Assembly (NCBI GenBank): GCA_964513145.1
Contig: CAZELK010000002.1
Location: 32,001-96,000 of the forward strand
Length of the DNA stretch: 64,000 bases
From: Candidatus Woesearchaeota archaeon
GTDB taxonomy: Archaea > Nanobdellota > Nanobdellia > SCGC-AAA011-G17 > JACPIM01
Direction: 5' to 3'
This document shows, piece by piece, positions 38,170-48,075 of the stretch. A program made the position numbers and the translations under genes. Position 1 is the stretch's first letter. Each line of letters starts with the position of its first letter. Below the pieces are notes generated by a model. The model was not told where the DNA came from and did not search any database. It saw only the letters and a list, made by a program, of their open reading frames with translations.

Positions 38170-38711
38170 TGAAAAAATTTTTAAAAAAAGTTTGGTATTT
38201 TATATGGTATGAGGACTCATTGTTATCATGGATAATTAATGTTCTTCTTGCTTTTATAATTGTAAAATTTCTTATTTATCCCGGGTTGGGCTTTGTACTT
38301 GGAACAACCCACCCGTTAGTAGCTGTTGTGAGTTGTTCAATGGAACATAACACTGATTTTGAGACTTGGTGGAATTTAAATAAAAACTGGTATGAAAAGC
38401 AAGGAGTATCAAAAGATCAGTTTGCTAGTTTTCCTTTTAAAAATGGAATAAATCAGGGTGATATCATGGTTCTGGCTAATGGCGGGGAGTTGGAACTAGG
38501 TGATGTAATTGTATTTAACAGCCAAAGTACAAACCCAATTATTCATAGAATAGTTAATATAAAAAATTTACAGACAAAAGGAGATAATAATCAAATACCT
38601 GACAGCAATACTGGTGATGTTATAGGAAAAGCAGTATTTAAAATACCTTATTTTGGCTGGGTAAAAATATTTTTTAATGGCATAATTGGACAAAAGATTA
38701 TTAAATGTTAA
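38169..38711 (+). CDS. Signal peptidase I (Sec11-type)
   Basis: VVSCSME, GDIM, IIHRIV, TKGDNN and IPYFG. Confidence 0.9.
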   Translation: MKKFLKKVWYFIWYEDSLLSWIINVLLAFIIVKFLIYPGLGFVLGTTHPLVAVVSCSMEHNTDFETWWNLNKNWYEKQGVSKDQFASFPFKNGINQGDIMVLANGGELELGDVIVFNSQSTNPIIHRIVNIKNLQTKGDNNQIPDSNTGDVIGKAVFKIPYFGWVKIFFNGIIGQKIIKC

Positions 38712-38731
38712 CAAAGTATAAAAAATAGAAA

Positions 38732-39052
38732 ATGTTATTTTGCGAAAAATGTGGCAATTTAATCGTGCCAAGAAAAGATGGAAAGAAAGTTGAGATTAGT
38801 TGTACATGTGGTTTCATTCCAAAAAAAAGACCTGACTTAATTTTAAAAGAGGAAGTAAAGCTTGATAAAAAAGATGAAATAGAAGTTGTAGATAAAAAAA
38901 TTGAAATTCTGCCCAAAACAAATGAAGAATGTCCGAAATGCAGGTATAAAGAAGCTTACTATTGGTTAGTTCAGACAAGAGCATCAGATGAAGCCTCGAC
39001 CAGATTTTTTAAATGTGTAAAATGCTCATATACTTGGAGAGCTTACTCCTAA
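38732..39052 (+). CDS. tfs: Transcription factor S
   Basis: FCEKCG; CPKC...QTRASDEASTRFFKCVKC. Confidence 0.95.
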   Translation: MLFCEKCGNLIVPRKDGKKVEISCTCGFIPKKRPDLILKEEVKLDKKDEIEVVDKKIEILPKTNEECPKCRYKEAYYWLVQTRASDEASTRFFKCVKCSYTWRAYS

Positions 39053-39123
39053 TCCATATTTTCTAAAAAATAATTTTACAAGAATATAAATCTATATAAA
39101 CTAGGTTTTTCGTAAGAAGGGCA

Positions 39124-39879
39124 ATGAAATTAATGCTAAACGATCCAAAATTAATGAGCGATAGTGTTTCTGTAATTTCTGAGTTAGTCAGTGATGCAAA
39201 ATTTAAAATTGATTCTGAAAAACTTGAATTAATTGCAATGGATCCTGCTAATGTTGCTATGGTTGCTTTTCAAATATTAAGCTCAGCATTTACGGAATAT
39301 AAAGTAGAAAAAGAAATAGAGATAGCTTTAAATCTTGATTCTCTTAAGCAGATTTTAAGAAGGTCAAAGCCGAGTGACAATTTAACTATAGAACTTGATG
39401 AAGAAAAAAACAAATTAAATATAAAAATAAAAGGTGATAGCACAAGGACTTTTAGTCTGGGTTTAATTGACTTGGGTGAAAAACAGCATAAAGTTCCAAA
39501 ATTAACATTTCCCTTAAGCATCAACACAAGCACCTATATTTTCGACGAAGCTATTGAGGATATGGGGATTTTTGCAGATTCAGTAATATTTAATGTTAAT
39601 AAAAATAAATTCATAATTGAAAGTGAATCACGTATTAATAATGCAAAAGTGGAAATTCCAAATGATGGTGAAACAAAAATTGACTGGTTGTCTGAAAACG
39701 AAGAAAATATCAAAGCAAAATACTCTATTGAATATCTTAAAAAAATCAGCAAGGGTGGAAAATTAGCAGACAATGTAATGCTGCAATTTGGCAATGATTA
39801 CCCATTAAAAATAGAATTTAAAGCAAAAGATAAATTAGATTTAGTTTTTGTTTTAGCTCCAAGAGTCAGCGAAGAATAA
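39124..39879 (+). CDS. pcn: PCNA sliding clamp
   Basis: AMDPANVAMV, KYSIEYL, DYPLKIEF and LAPRV. Confidence 0.97.
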   Translation: MKLMLNDPKLMSDSVSVISELVSDAKFKIDSEKLELIAMDPANVAMVAFQILSSAFTEYKVEKEIEIALNLDSLKQILRRSKPSDNLTIELDEEKNKLNIKIKGDSTRTFSLGLIDLGEKQHKVPKLTFPLSINTSTYIFDEAIEDMGIFADSVIFNVNKNKFIIESESRINNAKVEIPNDGETKIDWLSENEENIKAKYSIEYLKKISKGGKLADNVMLQFGNDYPLKIEFKAKDKLDLVFVLAPRVSEE

Positions 39880-39886
39880 TTTTAAA

Positions 39887-41245
39887 TTATACTATTTTCT
39901 CTAAATCTGTTGCTTTTTTAGTTCTATTAATTATTTTTTCAGAATGTTCTTTAAATGAAGTCTCCAATTTATCTAGTTGTCTTCCTGCTAAATCAACTTC
40001 ACTTGGAGGCACTCTTAAGCGAATTGCGAAATGATCATCAGCCATCTCCTCTAAATTAGAAAAATGTTTTTGGTTTTCTGCTTTTAATGTTGTAACTTTT
40101 CTACCAGCCTCATAAAGAGGCACATCAGAAGGCACGACCTTTGCTGGGTCGGGAAGCAAACAGCATAAGACAGGTATTCCCTTTAATTCGTCTGTTAATG
40201 CTGTTTCCAGTTCTGTTAATCTAAGGGGATTTTTAAAAGTGTTTACAAAATCTTTTTTAAACTCTTTGTCTATGCTTTGTACTCTTTGACCCCTGACCTG
40301 TTCTTTTTTAATTCCAGAATATTTGAAAGCTAAAATAGAAACATACGGATCTCTTGACATCAAACCTTGTAAAAATTCTTTTGCTTGCTGGGCAAGATGA
40401 TTTTTTTGGGAGTTTTTATGATTCCCATTATTAATCTTATTTAAAAGAGTGTCATCTCCCAAATCCCAGATTTCATCTGCAGAAATAATTTCAGCCCTTA
40501 TCCCTAATTCAATAGCTTTCTGCAGGTGTCTTTCATAAGCCATGCTTTCTGGAGACAAATAAACCTCAGTATACATTTTAAAATAAAAATATTGCATTGC
40601 TGCCAAAATCCCAGTTTGATCTAAAGTTTGTTTTGGTGACTTTCTTATATCTACACCGTAATCATCAATAAATGTAAGAAAAGGCAATAAAGATTCCCAG
40701 TCCGGAGGGTTCCAATAATAATCACACATATCCGCATCCATTAAAGTATAGGCTAATTTATCAGCGCCAACACTTTTATCAGTGCAGATTTTTGCCTCTC
40801 TTCTTTTGCCTTGAAACATTTCTTTCAAAAAATCTACACAAGCACCTGAGTATTCTAAAACATCCCTCAATGTTCTTCCCTTTGAATCTTTTTTATCAGA
40901 ATCTAAAAGAACTAAGGCTCTTTTATTGTGATTTATTCCTGTAACTGCCTCTAAAACATATTCAGCAGCATGTGAAAATGGCGGATGTGCCATATCATGA
41001 ATTTTTGTAAACTGAACTATATTATTTCTTGAACCTGGGAGATTGCCTTTTTCTTCTAAATGCTTGCAAATTCTGTCAGCTATATATTTTGCAAAACCAA
41101 AATGATTGAAGCGGGAATGTTTGGCTTGTGGAAAAACATAAGCTACCTGTCCTAATTGCTTATGGTCTGATTGAACCTGAAGTGTAGGATGATTCAGCAC
41201 AGGGTCATCAACTTCAAATCCCCATTGATATTTTGGTTTAGGCAT
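39887..41245 (-). CDS. HD-domain phosphohydrolase (dNTPase-like), divergent
   Basis: VFPQAKHSRFNH, HDMAHPPFSH, ADKLAY and MYTEVYL. Confidence 0.8.
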   Translation of the reverse strand: MPKPKYQWGFEVDDPVLNHPTLQVQSDHKQLGQVAYVFPQAKHSRFNHFGFAKYIADRICKHLEEKGNLPGSRNNIVQFTKIHDMAHPPFSHAAEYVLEAVTGINHNKRALVLLDSDKKDSKGRTLRDVLEYSGACVDFLKEMFQGKRREAKICTDKSVGADKLAYTLMDADMCDYYWNPPDWESLLPFLTFIDDYGVDIRKSPKQTLDQTGILAAMQYFYFKMYTEVYLSPESMAYERHLQKAIELGIRAEIISADEIWDLGDDTLLNKINNGNHKNSQKNHLAQQAKEFLQGLMSRDPYVSILAFKYSGIKKEQVRGQRVQSIDKEFKKDFVNTFKNPLRLTELETALTDELKGIPVLCCLLPDPAKVVPSDVPLYEAGRKVTTLKAENQKHFSNLEEMADDHFAIRLRVPPSEVDLAGRQLDKLETSFKEHSEKIINRTKKATDLEKIV

Positions 41246-41361
41246 ATCTCCAAAAAAATTATTTTCTTATTTAAATATTATTATAAAACAAAATAGAAAT
41301 AAATATGTAACCAATTAAAGACAAAAGTTTCCTAAAAATAATAATTTAATTTTCTCAAAAA

Positions 41362-41397
41362 GCTACCAGTTTTGCTTAAGCTTTTTTTGAAAGCTTA
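41362..41397 (-). repeat. Hairpin micro-element copy (AAGCTT variant) beginning at the aCPSF1 stop codon
   Basis: taagctttcaaaaaaagcttaagcaaaactggtagc versus the tRNA-Val intron taagcttttagaaaagcttaaacaaaactagaagc. Confidence 0.8.
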
Positions 41398-43296
41398 TCT
41401 TAATCGAATAGCTTCTAAATTCTTGGGAGATAATGTTTCTAGTTTAGTTAATTTATGCAAAGTAGAAGCTAATTCAAGACATTTTGAACTTTCACCATGA
41501 CACATAACAAGCTTTTTTGGTCTTGGTTCCAAATTATTTACAAAATTAATTAATTGTGTTCTGTTGCTGTGCCCTGAAAATCCATGGATAACATGAACAT
41601 CCATTTTAACTTCTAAAACTTCTTGTTTATTGCCATTCATAAAAGTAATCTGTCTTTCTCCATCTTCAAGCCTTCTGCCTATAGACCCTGGTCCTTGATA
41701 ACAAGTCATTACTATTGAATTTTTTGCATTGTCTGCTAGCATTTTGAAATATTCTAAAGACGCGCCGCCAGTCAACATTCCTGAAGTTGCTAAAATAACA
41801 CATGGTCCTTTTTCTTCTACAACTTCCTGCATTTCTTTTCTTGACCCTACTCTTATAAACATATCAGATAAAAATGGATTTTGATCCTTGTGATAAATTA
41901 ATTTTCTCACTTTGGAATTAAAAAAATCTGGATATGCTGTATGTATAGCAGTAATGTCCCAAACCAAACCCTGAACATACACTGGTATTTTTGGTAAAGT
42001 TCCTTCTCTAACTAGTTTGTCTAAAATAACCATAATTTCTTGTGATCTTCCAGAACCTAAAACAGGAACTAAAACCTTTCCATTTCTTTCTAAAGTTTTT
42101 TTGATTATGTCAGTAAAAAATAATTCACATTCTCTTCTTGTTGGTGGCGTATCATTTTTCCCACCATAAGTAGCTTCCATTATGACAGTTTCTAGTCTTG
42201 GAAACCTTGTGTTTGCTGCTGAAAGCAAGTTGGAATTTTCATACAAAAAGTCGCCTGTATAGGCCAGGTTGTGTAAACCGTTGCCAATATGCAAATGACA
42301 AATAGCGCTTCCTAATTTGTGTCCAGCATCATAAAAAGTTAATCTGACATCTGGAGTAATATCGCTAACTTCTCCATAGTCTAAACATATTGTATGCATC
42401 ACCATTTCTTTTATATCTGAGGAAGAATAAATTGCCTTGTTTGCTTCTTTTTGTGCAATACTTATTAAATCCAAACATAGTAATGCAGCTATGTCTCTTG
42501 TTGGCATAGTCATAAAAGATGGTCCTTTAAATCCCATTTTATATAAGTAAGGTAAAAAAGCAACATGGTCGACATGCGAATGGGAAATTATTACAGCATC
42601 AAGTTCCTCTATTTTAAATTCAGGTGCTTCAAGTAATGGAAACATTTCTTCATTTGATTGTGCAGCAACATTTATTCCACAATCAAGTAATATTTTTGAT
42701 TCCGGGGTTTGTAAAAATAAGCAGCTTCTTCCAACTTGTCTTCCTGCACCTAAAAAAGTTACTCTGACCCATTCGTCTACTCTTCCTTTTGTCCATCCGC
42801 CGTAAATTCTTTTTCCAACTTTGTTCAAGAATTTTTTCCTGTATTCAGAATTTTCAAATAAAGCATAATTAATAGTTTCAATTAATTTTGATCTTATTGG
42901 GGGTGTTCTTCTGACAATAGGTATCCAAAAAGTTTGTTTTCTTATCTCTCTTAGTACTTCCCCTTGTTTTCCTATAGCAATTCCAGGTTTTTCAACTTCT
43001 AAAGTGACTAAAGATCTTTGATTATCAAATAATAAATTTACTTCGCCAGCGTCTTTTGGTATTATTTCTTTTATTGTTTTTTCAGCTTTTTCAATATCCA
43101 TTGTAATAGCAGGGTCTGGTCTTAATTCAACTCTTTTTTTTATAGTGTCAACTATAGTTTTTATAGTACCATTATTGTTCAAGAAAAAATCCTTGTCTTT
43201 TGTGTACAAAACTATGTTTGCTCCTTCAAAACAAGAATCACTAATCTTAGAGCTATCTGGTATCAGCTTCATTATTTCTTCTAATATGTCTGGCAT
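41395..43296 (-). CDS. Beta-CASP ribonuclease aCPSF1 (KH + MBL + beta-CASP)
   Basis: GANIVLYT, ISHSHVDH, AGHKLGS, TSGML and GFSGH. Confidence 0.97.
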   Translation of the reverse strand: MPDILEEIMKLIPDSSKISDSCFEGANIVLYTKDKDFFLNNNGTIKTIVDTIKKRVELRPDPAITMDIEKAEKTIKEIIPKDAGEVNLLFDNQRSLVTLEVEKPGIAIGKQGEVLREIRKQTFWIPIVRRTPPIRSKLIETINYALFENSEYRKKFLNKVGKRIYGGWTKGRVDEWVRVTFLGAGRQVGRSCLFLQTPESKILLDCGINVAAQSNEEMFPLLEAPEFKIEELDAVIISHSHVDHVAFLPYLYKMGFKGPSFMTMPTRDIAALLCLDLISIAQKEANKAIYSSSDIKEMVMHTICLDYGEVSDITPDVRLTFYDAGHKLGSAICHLHIGNGLHNLAYTGDFLYENSNLLSAANTRFPRLETVIMEATYGGKNDTPPTRRECELFFTDIIKKTLERNGKVLVPVLGSGRSQEIMVILDKLVREGTLPKIPVYVQGLVWDITAIHTAYPDFFNSKVRKLIYHKDQNPFLSDMFIRVGSRKEMQEVVEEKGPCVILATSGMLTGGASLEYFKMLADNAKNSIVMTCYQGPGSIGRRLEDGERQITFMNGNKQEVLEVKMDVHVIHGFSGHSNRTQLINFVNNLEPRPKKLVMCHGESSKCLELASTLHKLTKLETLSPKNLEAIRLR

Positions 43297-43347
43297 TTTC
43301 TTTGTTTAACTTGAGAAAAATTTCATTTATTTAAAAATAAAAAATGA

Positions 43348-43995
43348 TTAAACTATGATGTTTGTTTCTAATCTCTTTGTTAAGACTTTCTTTACACCAT
43401 CTTTGGTAATTGTAAAGACGTCTATAGCTTCTCCTGTTGCTGCATCCCTTTGAATTGCTGCATTAACTGCTTTAACACCCAATTTTATTCCATCTTGGAC
43501 AGTTATGCCCTCTTTGTATAAAGTGTCTAGTACACCCCAGGCCATAACCATTCCAGATCCGTCTGTAGCATAATTTTTATGTTCTAAAACAGAACCATCT
43601 GGACCTAATTCATATAAATAAAAACCAGTGTCATCTTTTCCACCCAATAAAAATCCTGTAATACCAGGTATTGGACTGAATTTCCTTATATTTTGATAAA
43701 CAATAGCACCCAATAAATTAGCAGTAGTTTTAACTCCAACCTCTCTTCCTGATCTAATTTTTAATAATGTTAATTCAGCTTTTATTAATTTAGTAATTAA
43801 TTGAACATCAGAAACTGTTCCTGCTGTAGTAATAGCCATATTATTTGATATCTGTGCAATTTTATCAACATTTTTATCTGCAATTATTCTTCCGGCAAAA
43901 GTAGCCCTTTTATCAGCAGTCAACACTATTCCATCTTTACAAACTATTCCTACTGTAGTAGTTCCTTTTTTTACATAATCATTTACATCTTCCAT
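43348..43995 (-). CDS. psmB: Proteasome subunit beta
   Basis: Propeptide KG|TTTVG, ADKRAT and RDAATG. Confidence 0.96.
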   Translation of the reverse strand: MEDVNDYVKKGTTTVGIVCKDGIVLTADKRATFAGRIIADKNVDKIAQISNNMAITTAGTVSDVQLITKLIKAELTLLKIRSGREVGVKTTANLLGAIVYQNIRKFSPIPGITGFLLGGKDDTGFYLYELGPDGSVLEHKNYATDGSGMVMAWGVLDTLYKEGITVQDGIKLGVKAVNAAIQRDAATGEAIDVFTITKDGVKKVLTKRLETNIIV

Positions 43996-44135
43996 ATACT
44001 TTTTCTCCTTTTTAGGTTCGAAGAACTCAATTTAAATATCTATGAACTAAACATATTTATAAAACTTACGATTTCTAAATTTTTGCTAGGTTTAATAGAT
44101 ATTGCCTTATTATCTTTATTTTAAACCTTCCTTAA

Positions 44136-44354
44136 TTATTCTATAAATTTAAATCTTGGAACTCTTTTGCTGTCTACAATTACATCTTCAAAAAACATTT
44201 TTTTAGGCCTAATCCATATTGAATCTTTTCCATATTCCTTGCTGTCATGTTTGTAAATAACAAATTCTTCTAAAGTCTCGCTGTGTCTTCCTAAGCCAAT
44301 AACATCACAAATAATGCCTTTATAATGCAGATATTTTCCTTTTTTTATTTCCAT
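44136..44354 (-). CDS. DUF1653 family protein
   Basis: KYLHYKG...HSETLEEFVIYK...WIRPKKMF...PRF. Confidence 0.9.
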   Translation of the reverse strand: MEIKKGKYLHYKGIICDVIGLGRHSETLEEFVIYKHDSKEYGKDSIWIRPKKMFFEDVIVDSKRVPRFKFIE

Positions 44355-45520
44355 AATTTAATTTCTTTTACCCTTTCTTTTATATAATTATTTCTGGATA
44401 TTTTTTTAAAATAATCTTCAACTTTAGTAAATTCTCTTTTAATATTTGTATAGCAAGTCCCATTTTTAATAAAAACCTTTTTGTGTTTCTTTTTAAATTC
44501 CCTGACATTATTAACCATATTTTCTGGAGGTCCTTTATGTAAATAATATTCACCTATTTTTTTCTCCCTTAAAAAAAACCAAAAAATAACTTCATCTCCC
44601 CAAAACCAATTATTGTCCTTGATTATAAAACCATTTTTAGTCAGTTCATTTTTTATAAAGTCAATTGTCTTGACAATCTTGTCTCCTATTAGGTCCTTTT
44701 TGCCTGGTAAGGGGATAATTTTTATAACCAAAGCACCAGAAGGAATTTTATTTTCTTTAAAGAAAAATCTTTCAGAAGGTTCTCGCAAATATAATTGTGA
44801 TAATTTTACAAATTTATTAAAATTATCTAAAGACAATGAAGCAGCAATATTTCTATTTTTGTCTACAGGATCAATTAATATCAAAGGTGAAACTGTTTTT
44901 GATGGATTAAGTTCAAATAACGGATTTTTTAATTTTTTATTTATATCAATAATTACCTTTGGTTTCCATTTTGCAGCATTTTTTAAAACATTTTTAAAAG
45001 ATTTGTAGTAAATAGTTAAAACTTCTAAAGCGTAACCAGAAAAACCTGAAATATATGACTCAGCCCCATATAATGAATTTGCCTTGCAAAAAGCCTTTAA
45101 TAATCTAATTTCATCCTTTAATTTGGAAAACTTTTTAACAAATTTAATATGCAAAGGGCTTAAATCAGTTACATTTTGGGCTTGTTCAGGTTTTTTAATG
45201 TCCAGAATTGGAACAATTTCAAAAATTAAATTCCTGTAATTAATATGAAAATAATCCCTAGAACCATGCACTATATCCACATCAAACTTTTTTTTAAGCT
45301 GCTTATATAAAATATCAGAAATATTTTTATCATAATTTTTAAATTTTGCAAAAATATCAACTTCTTTTGTTGCTTTTAGCCACGTATCTTTTGAAACTGA
45401 CCCGCCAACTATAAAGTTTACTTTTTTAATATAACTTAATTTTTTAAGAAATTCTTTCGTAATATTTTCAACTAATAATTGTTCATCTTTAGACGGCTTT
45501 ATCTGAGAAATTACATTCAT
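44345..45520 (-). CDS. cca: CCA-adding enzyme (class I)
   Basis: GGSVSKDTWL...EVDIF, EIVP, DLSPLH, GFSGY and DPVDKNRNIAAS. Confidence 0.93.
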   Translation of the reverse strand: MNVISQIKPSKDEQLLVENITKEFLKKLSYIKKVNFIVGGSVSKDTWLKATKEVDIFAKFKNYDKNISDILYKQLKKKFDVDIVHGSRDYFHINYRNLIFEIVPILDIKKPEQAQNVTDLSPLHIKFVKKFSKLKDEIRLLKAFCKANSLYGAESYISGFSGYALEVLTIYYKSFKNVLKNAAKWKPKVIIDINKKLKNPLFELNPSKTVSPLILIDPVDKNRNIAASLSLDNFNKFVKLSQLYLREPSERFFFKENKIPSGALVIKIIPLPGKKDLIGDKIVKTIDFIKNELTKNGFIIKDNNWFWGDEVIFWFFLREKKIGEYYLHKGPPENMVNNVREFKKKHKKVFIKNGTCYTNIKREFTKVEDYFKKISRNNYIKERVKEIKLWK

Positions 45521-45647
45521 TAAATAAGGTAAACATAGTTCATTAATATAAAACTTTCGAATACTAGCTTTAAAATCCGTAATTATTTCGAAATTTTTTC
45601 AGTTATTAATATTAAGAAGTTCACTCTAATAGTTAATGTGAATAAAA

Positions 45648-45854
45648 ATGACAATAAAATTGGAGGCTCGTCTTTGTTCAGATATGCTAAAAATATTTGA
45701 AAAAAATCCAGAAGAGAAATATCTTGGTTTTGCTTATATAGATAAAAAATTTACAGAACGCGATCTGGAAAATACAGCATTGTTAATCTATTCAAGAGTT
45801 TCGCGAGATATAAAAAAAGTTCCAAGAGTGGAAGTTAAGGTTGTTTATAGGTAA
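45648..45854 (+). CDS. Hypothetical protein
   Basis: ORF only. Confidence 0.5.
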   Translation: MTIKLEARLCSDMLKIFEKNPEEKYLGFAYIDKKFTERDLENTALLIYSRVSRDIKKVPRVEVKVVYR

Positions 45855-46059
45855 GATAATTAATTATATAAGCAAGAAAAGCCTTATGATAAAAATGATA
45901 GAGAAAACATTTCATAAAACAATAGTAAAAAATGTTCCAAAAGAATTTATTGAGTATCTTGTAGAAAGCTCTAAAAAAAACAAACAAATCGATAAAAAAT
46001 CAGAATGGATTTTTGAAACTTTGGGCTGGAGAAAATGTCAGAAGAAGCACAAGAATTAG
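45841..46059 (+). CDS. Hypothetical protein (start uncertain)
   Basis: ORF only. Confidence 0.4.
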   Translation: MFIGKIINYISKKSLMIKMIEKTFHKTIVKNVPKEFIEYLVESSKKNKQIDKKSEWIFETLGWRKCQKKHKN

Positions 46060-46211
46060 CTGAGTTTGGATTTGGAATTAAACTAATCAGAAACACAGAT
46101 GAAAAATTAGAATTTAAAATGCAAAGTGTGAATACATGTATAATAAAAGAAGTAGTTATTACGCAAATGAAGGCGTTTTTAAAAGATTTGGAAATAAACT
46201 ATTTTAATTAA
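46035..46211 (+). CDS. Hypothetical protein (58 aa)
   Basis: Manual translation MSEEAQELAEFGFGIKLIRNTDEKLEFKMQSVNTCIIKEVVITQMKAFLKDLEINYFN, with a GGAG SD-like element. Confidence 0.5.
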   Translation: MSEEAQELAEFGFGIKLIRNTDEKLEFKMQSVNTCIIKEVVITQMKAFLKDLEINYFN

Positions 46212-46241
46212 TTTAAAAAGAAGAACTCAGAACAATAAAAA

Positions 46242-47153
46242 TTAACCTTTTTTTATCTTTGCTATAAAAAATCCTTCAGTATCATAGAATTGCGGCCATA
46301 ATTTAATGCATTTCCTGATTTCTTTTGAATATTTTTTTCCATTAAATTCTAAATTAACTTCTGATTTAATTTTCAAGTCTATTTTTTCTATTTTGGCATC
46401 AGTATTATCCAATAAAAATTGTACCACGTCTTCTCCTTCTTCTGGCTCTAAAGAGCACACAGAATAGACTAAGCTTCCTTTTTTATTTAAATTATTATAA
46501 GCATTTAAAATTAATTTTTTTTGTAAAGTTGAAGTACTATAAATTTTATTTAAATTCCATGACTTTAACAAGTATTGTGAATTGCTTGTTAACCCCCTTA
46601 TTGTGCCAGAAGAAGTGCATGGTGCATCTAATAAAATCTTGTCGAATTTATAATTAATATTTCTGGCATCCATTAAAGTTACAACAGTATTCATAACCCC
46701 ACACCTGTTTAAGTTGGAAGTTAAAGCACTCATTCTTTCATAATTTTTTTCATTTGCAATAATAACACCTTTGTTTTTCATAAGTTCAGCCAAATGAGAA
46801 GTTTTCGCACCTGGTGAAGCACACATATCCAAGACAAGATCATTTTTAGCCGGATTTAAAATAACACAAGGGATCATTGACGCAGCTTCTTGTACAAAAA
46901 TATATCCGAGTTTATGTTCTGTTAAATTTCCTAAATCCCTCTTTTCAGATTCAACCCAAAAGCCCTCCTTGCACCAGGGAATCTGTTTTAAATTTAAATA
47001 TTCTAGTTCATCTTTTATTTTTTTGATATTTGACTTAATTGTGCTGACTCTTATTGCCTTTCTTAAAAATTTATTTAAATAAATTTCAAATTCTTCAAAT
47101 TCAGTTAATTGTTTGTATCTTTCTATAAAAGATGGTTTTAATTTTAATTTCAT
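46242..47153 (-). CDS. RsmB/NOP2-family RNA m5C methyltransferase
   Basis: QEAASM, LDMCASPGAKT, LLDAPCT and YSVCSLEPEEGE. Confidence 0.95.
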   Translation of the reverse strand: MKLKLKPSFIERYKQLTEFEEFEIYLNKFLRKAIRVSTIKSNIKKIKDELEYLNLKQIPWCKEGFWVESEKRDLGNLTEHKLGYIFVQEAASMIPCVILNPAKNDLVLDMCASPGAKTSHLAELMKNKGVIIANEKNYERMSALTSNLNRCGVMNTVVTLMDARNINYKFDKILLDAPCTSSGTIRGLTSNSQYLLKSWNLNKIYSTSTLQKKLILNAYNNLNKKGSLVYSVCSLEPEEGEDVVQFLLDNTDAKIEKIDLKIKSEVNLEFNGKKYSKEIRKCIKLWPQFYDTEGFFIAKIKKG

Positions 47154-47362
47154 TTTATTTCAATTAATTTTAATCTTGATTTTTCTCCTTTAATTATTTT
47201 AATCCGATACTTTTTAACTTTTAAAAAATCAGATAGGAGTTCAATTAAAACTTTGTTTGCTTTTCCATCAACAGCTGGAGCATTTACATGAACTTTTAAA
47301 ATTCCTTTTTCCATTAAAACATTGTTTTTCTTAGAATTTGGGATTACTTTAACCTTTAGCAT
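47150..47362 (-). CDS. DUF167 (YggU) family protein
   Basis: VKVIPNS...APAVDGKAN...GEKSRLK. Confidence 0.9.
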   Translation of the reverse strand: MLKVKVIPNSKKNNVLMEKGILKVHVNAPAVDGKANKVLIELLSDFLKVKKYRIKIIKGEKSRLKLIEIK

Positions 47363-47410
47363 ATTAGATAAAAACAAAGTTCATTTATTAATATTTTTAA
47401 AAAGTGTAAC

Positions 47411-47568
47411 TGCGCTGGCCGAGGTTTGAAATCCCGAAACTTCTTTTAGTCTTTGATTAAACTTTTTTGAAAAGTTTGCTCGGGTCAGAGCCTCTTTACT
47501 CGCTTTTGATTAAACTTTTTCAAAAGTTTATTGGCAAGGCCCAATACTAACCACTATACTACCAGCGC
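47411..47568 (-). tRNA. tRNA-Gly(GCC) with two introns: 37/38 (47494-47531) and 53/54 (47431-47478)
   Basis: Acceptor GCGCTGG/CCAGCGC. BHB1: TTGC-CA|A with GTAA-AG|A. BHB2: CCCG-AG|C with CGGG-AT|T, with both outer helices intact. Confidence 0.93.
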
Positions 47569-47684
47569 ATCAGTAATCTTTTGTAAAACAATTATATTTA
47601 AACCTTTTTAGTCATGAGGCTTTGTTGTGGAGTCCTAAATTTATTTAGAAAGATATTTAATACAATAAAATCTAATTTATTCGT

Positions 47685-48074
47685 ATGATTTTAACAGGGA
47701 TCATTGCTGGACTCGGCTTATTAGTGTCTTTTTATGCCTTTAGAACAGAATTAAAAGTAAAGCTTAATAAAAAATACAAGGCATTTTGTGATAGAAATAA
47801 TCGCATTTCCTGTTCAAAAACACTCTCAAGCAAATACGGAAATCTTTTTGGAATCCCAAATTCCTTGGCTGGAATTTTTTTCTACGCCTCTCTTCTTGTT
47901 CTTGCTTTTTTAAATATAACTAATTATATTTTTTATCTATCAATAATTGCTTTTTTAATTAGTATCTTGCTTGCATATCTATCATTTTTTAAAGTAAAAA
48001 CAATATGTCCTGTTTGTATTTCGATTTATATAATAAATACAACTTTATTGATTGTATCTTATCCAAAAATATGA
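47685..48074 (+). CDS. Vitamin K epoxide reductase (VKOR) family protein
   Basis: FC...ISCSKTLSSKYGNLFGIPNS and CPVC. Confidence 0.92.
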   Translation: MILTGIIAGLGLLVSFYAFRTELKVKLNKKYKAFCDRNNRISCSKTLSSKYGNLFGIPNSLAGIFFYASLLVLAFLNITNYIFYLSIIAFLISILLAYLSFFKVKTICPVCISIYIINTTLLIVSYPKI

Positions 48075-48075
48075 A

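Noticed and set aside
41340-41400. Possible BHB splicing of the element copy at the aCPSF1 3' end
   Set aside because: The central helix would be only A-U/G-U pairs, and the unspliced C-terminus (EAIRLR) already matches the normal aCPSF1 end.
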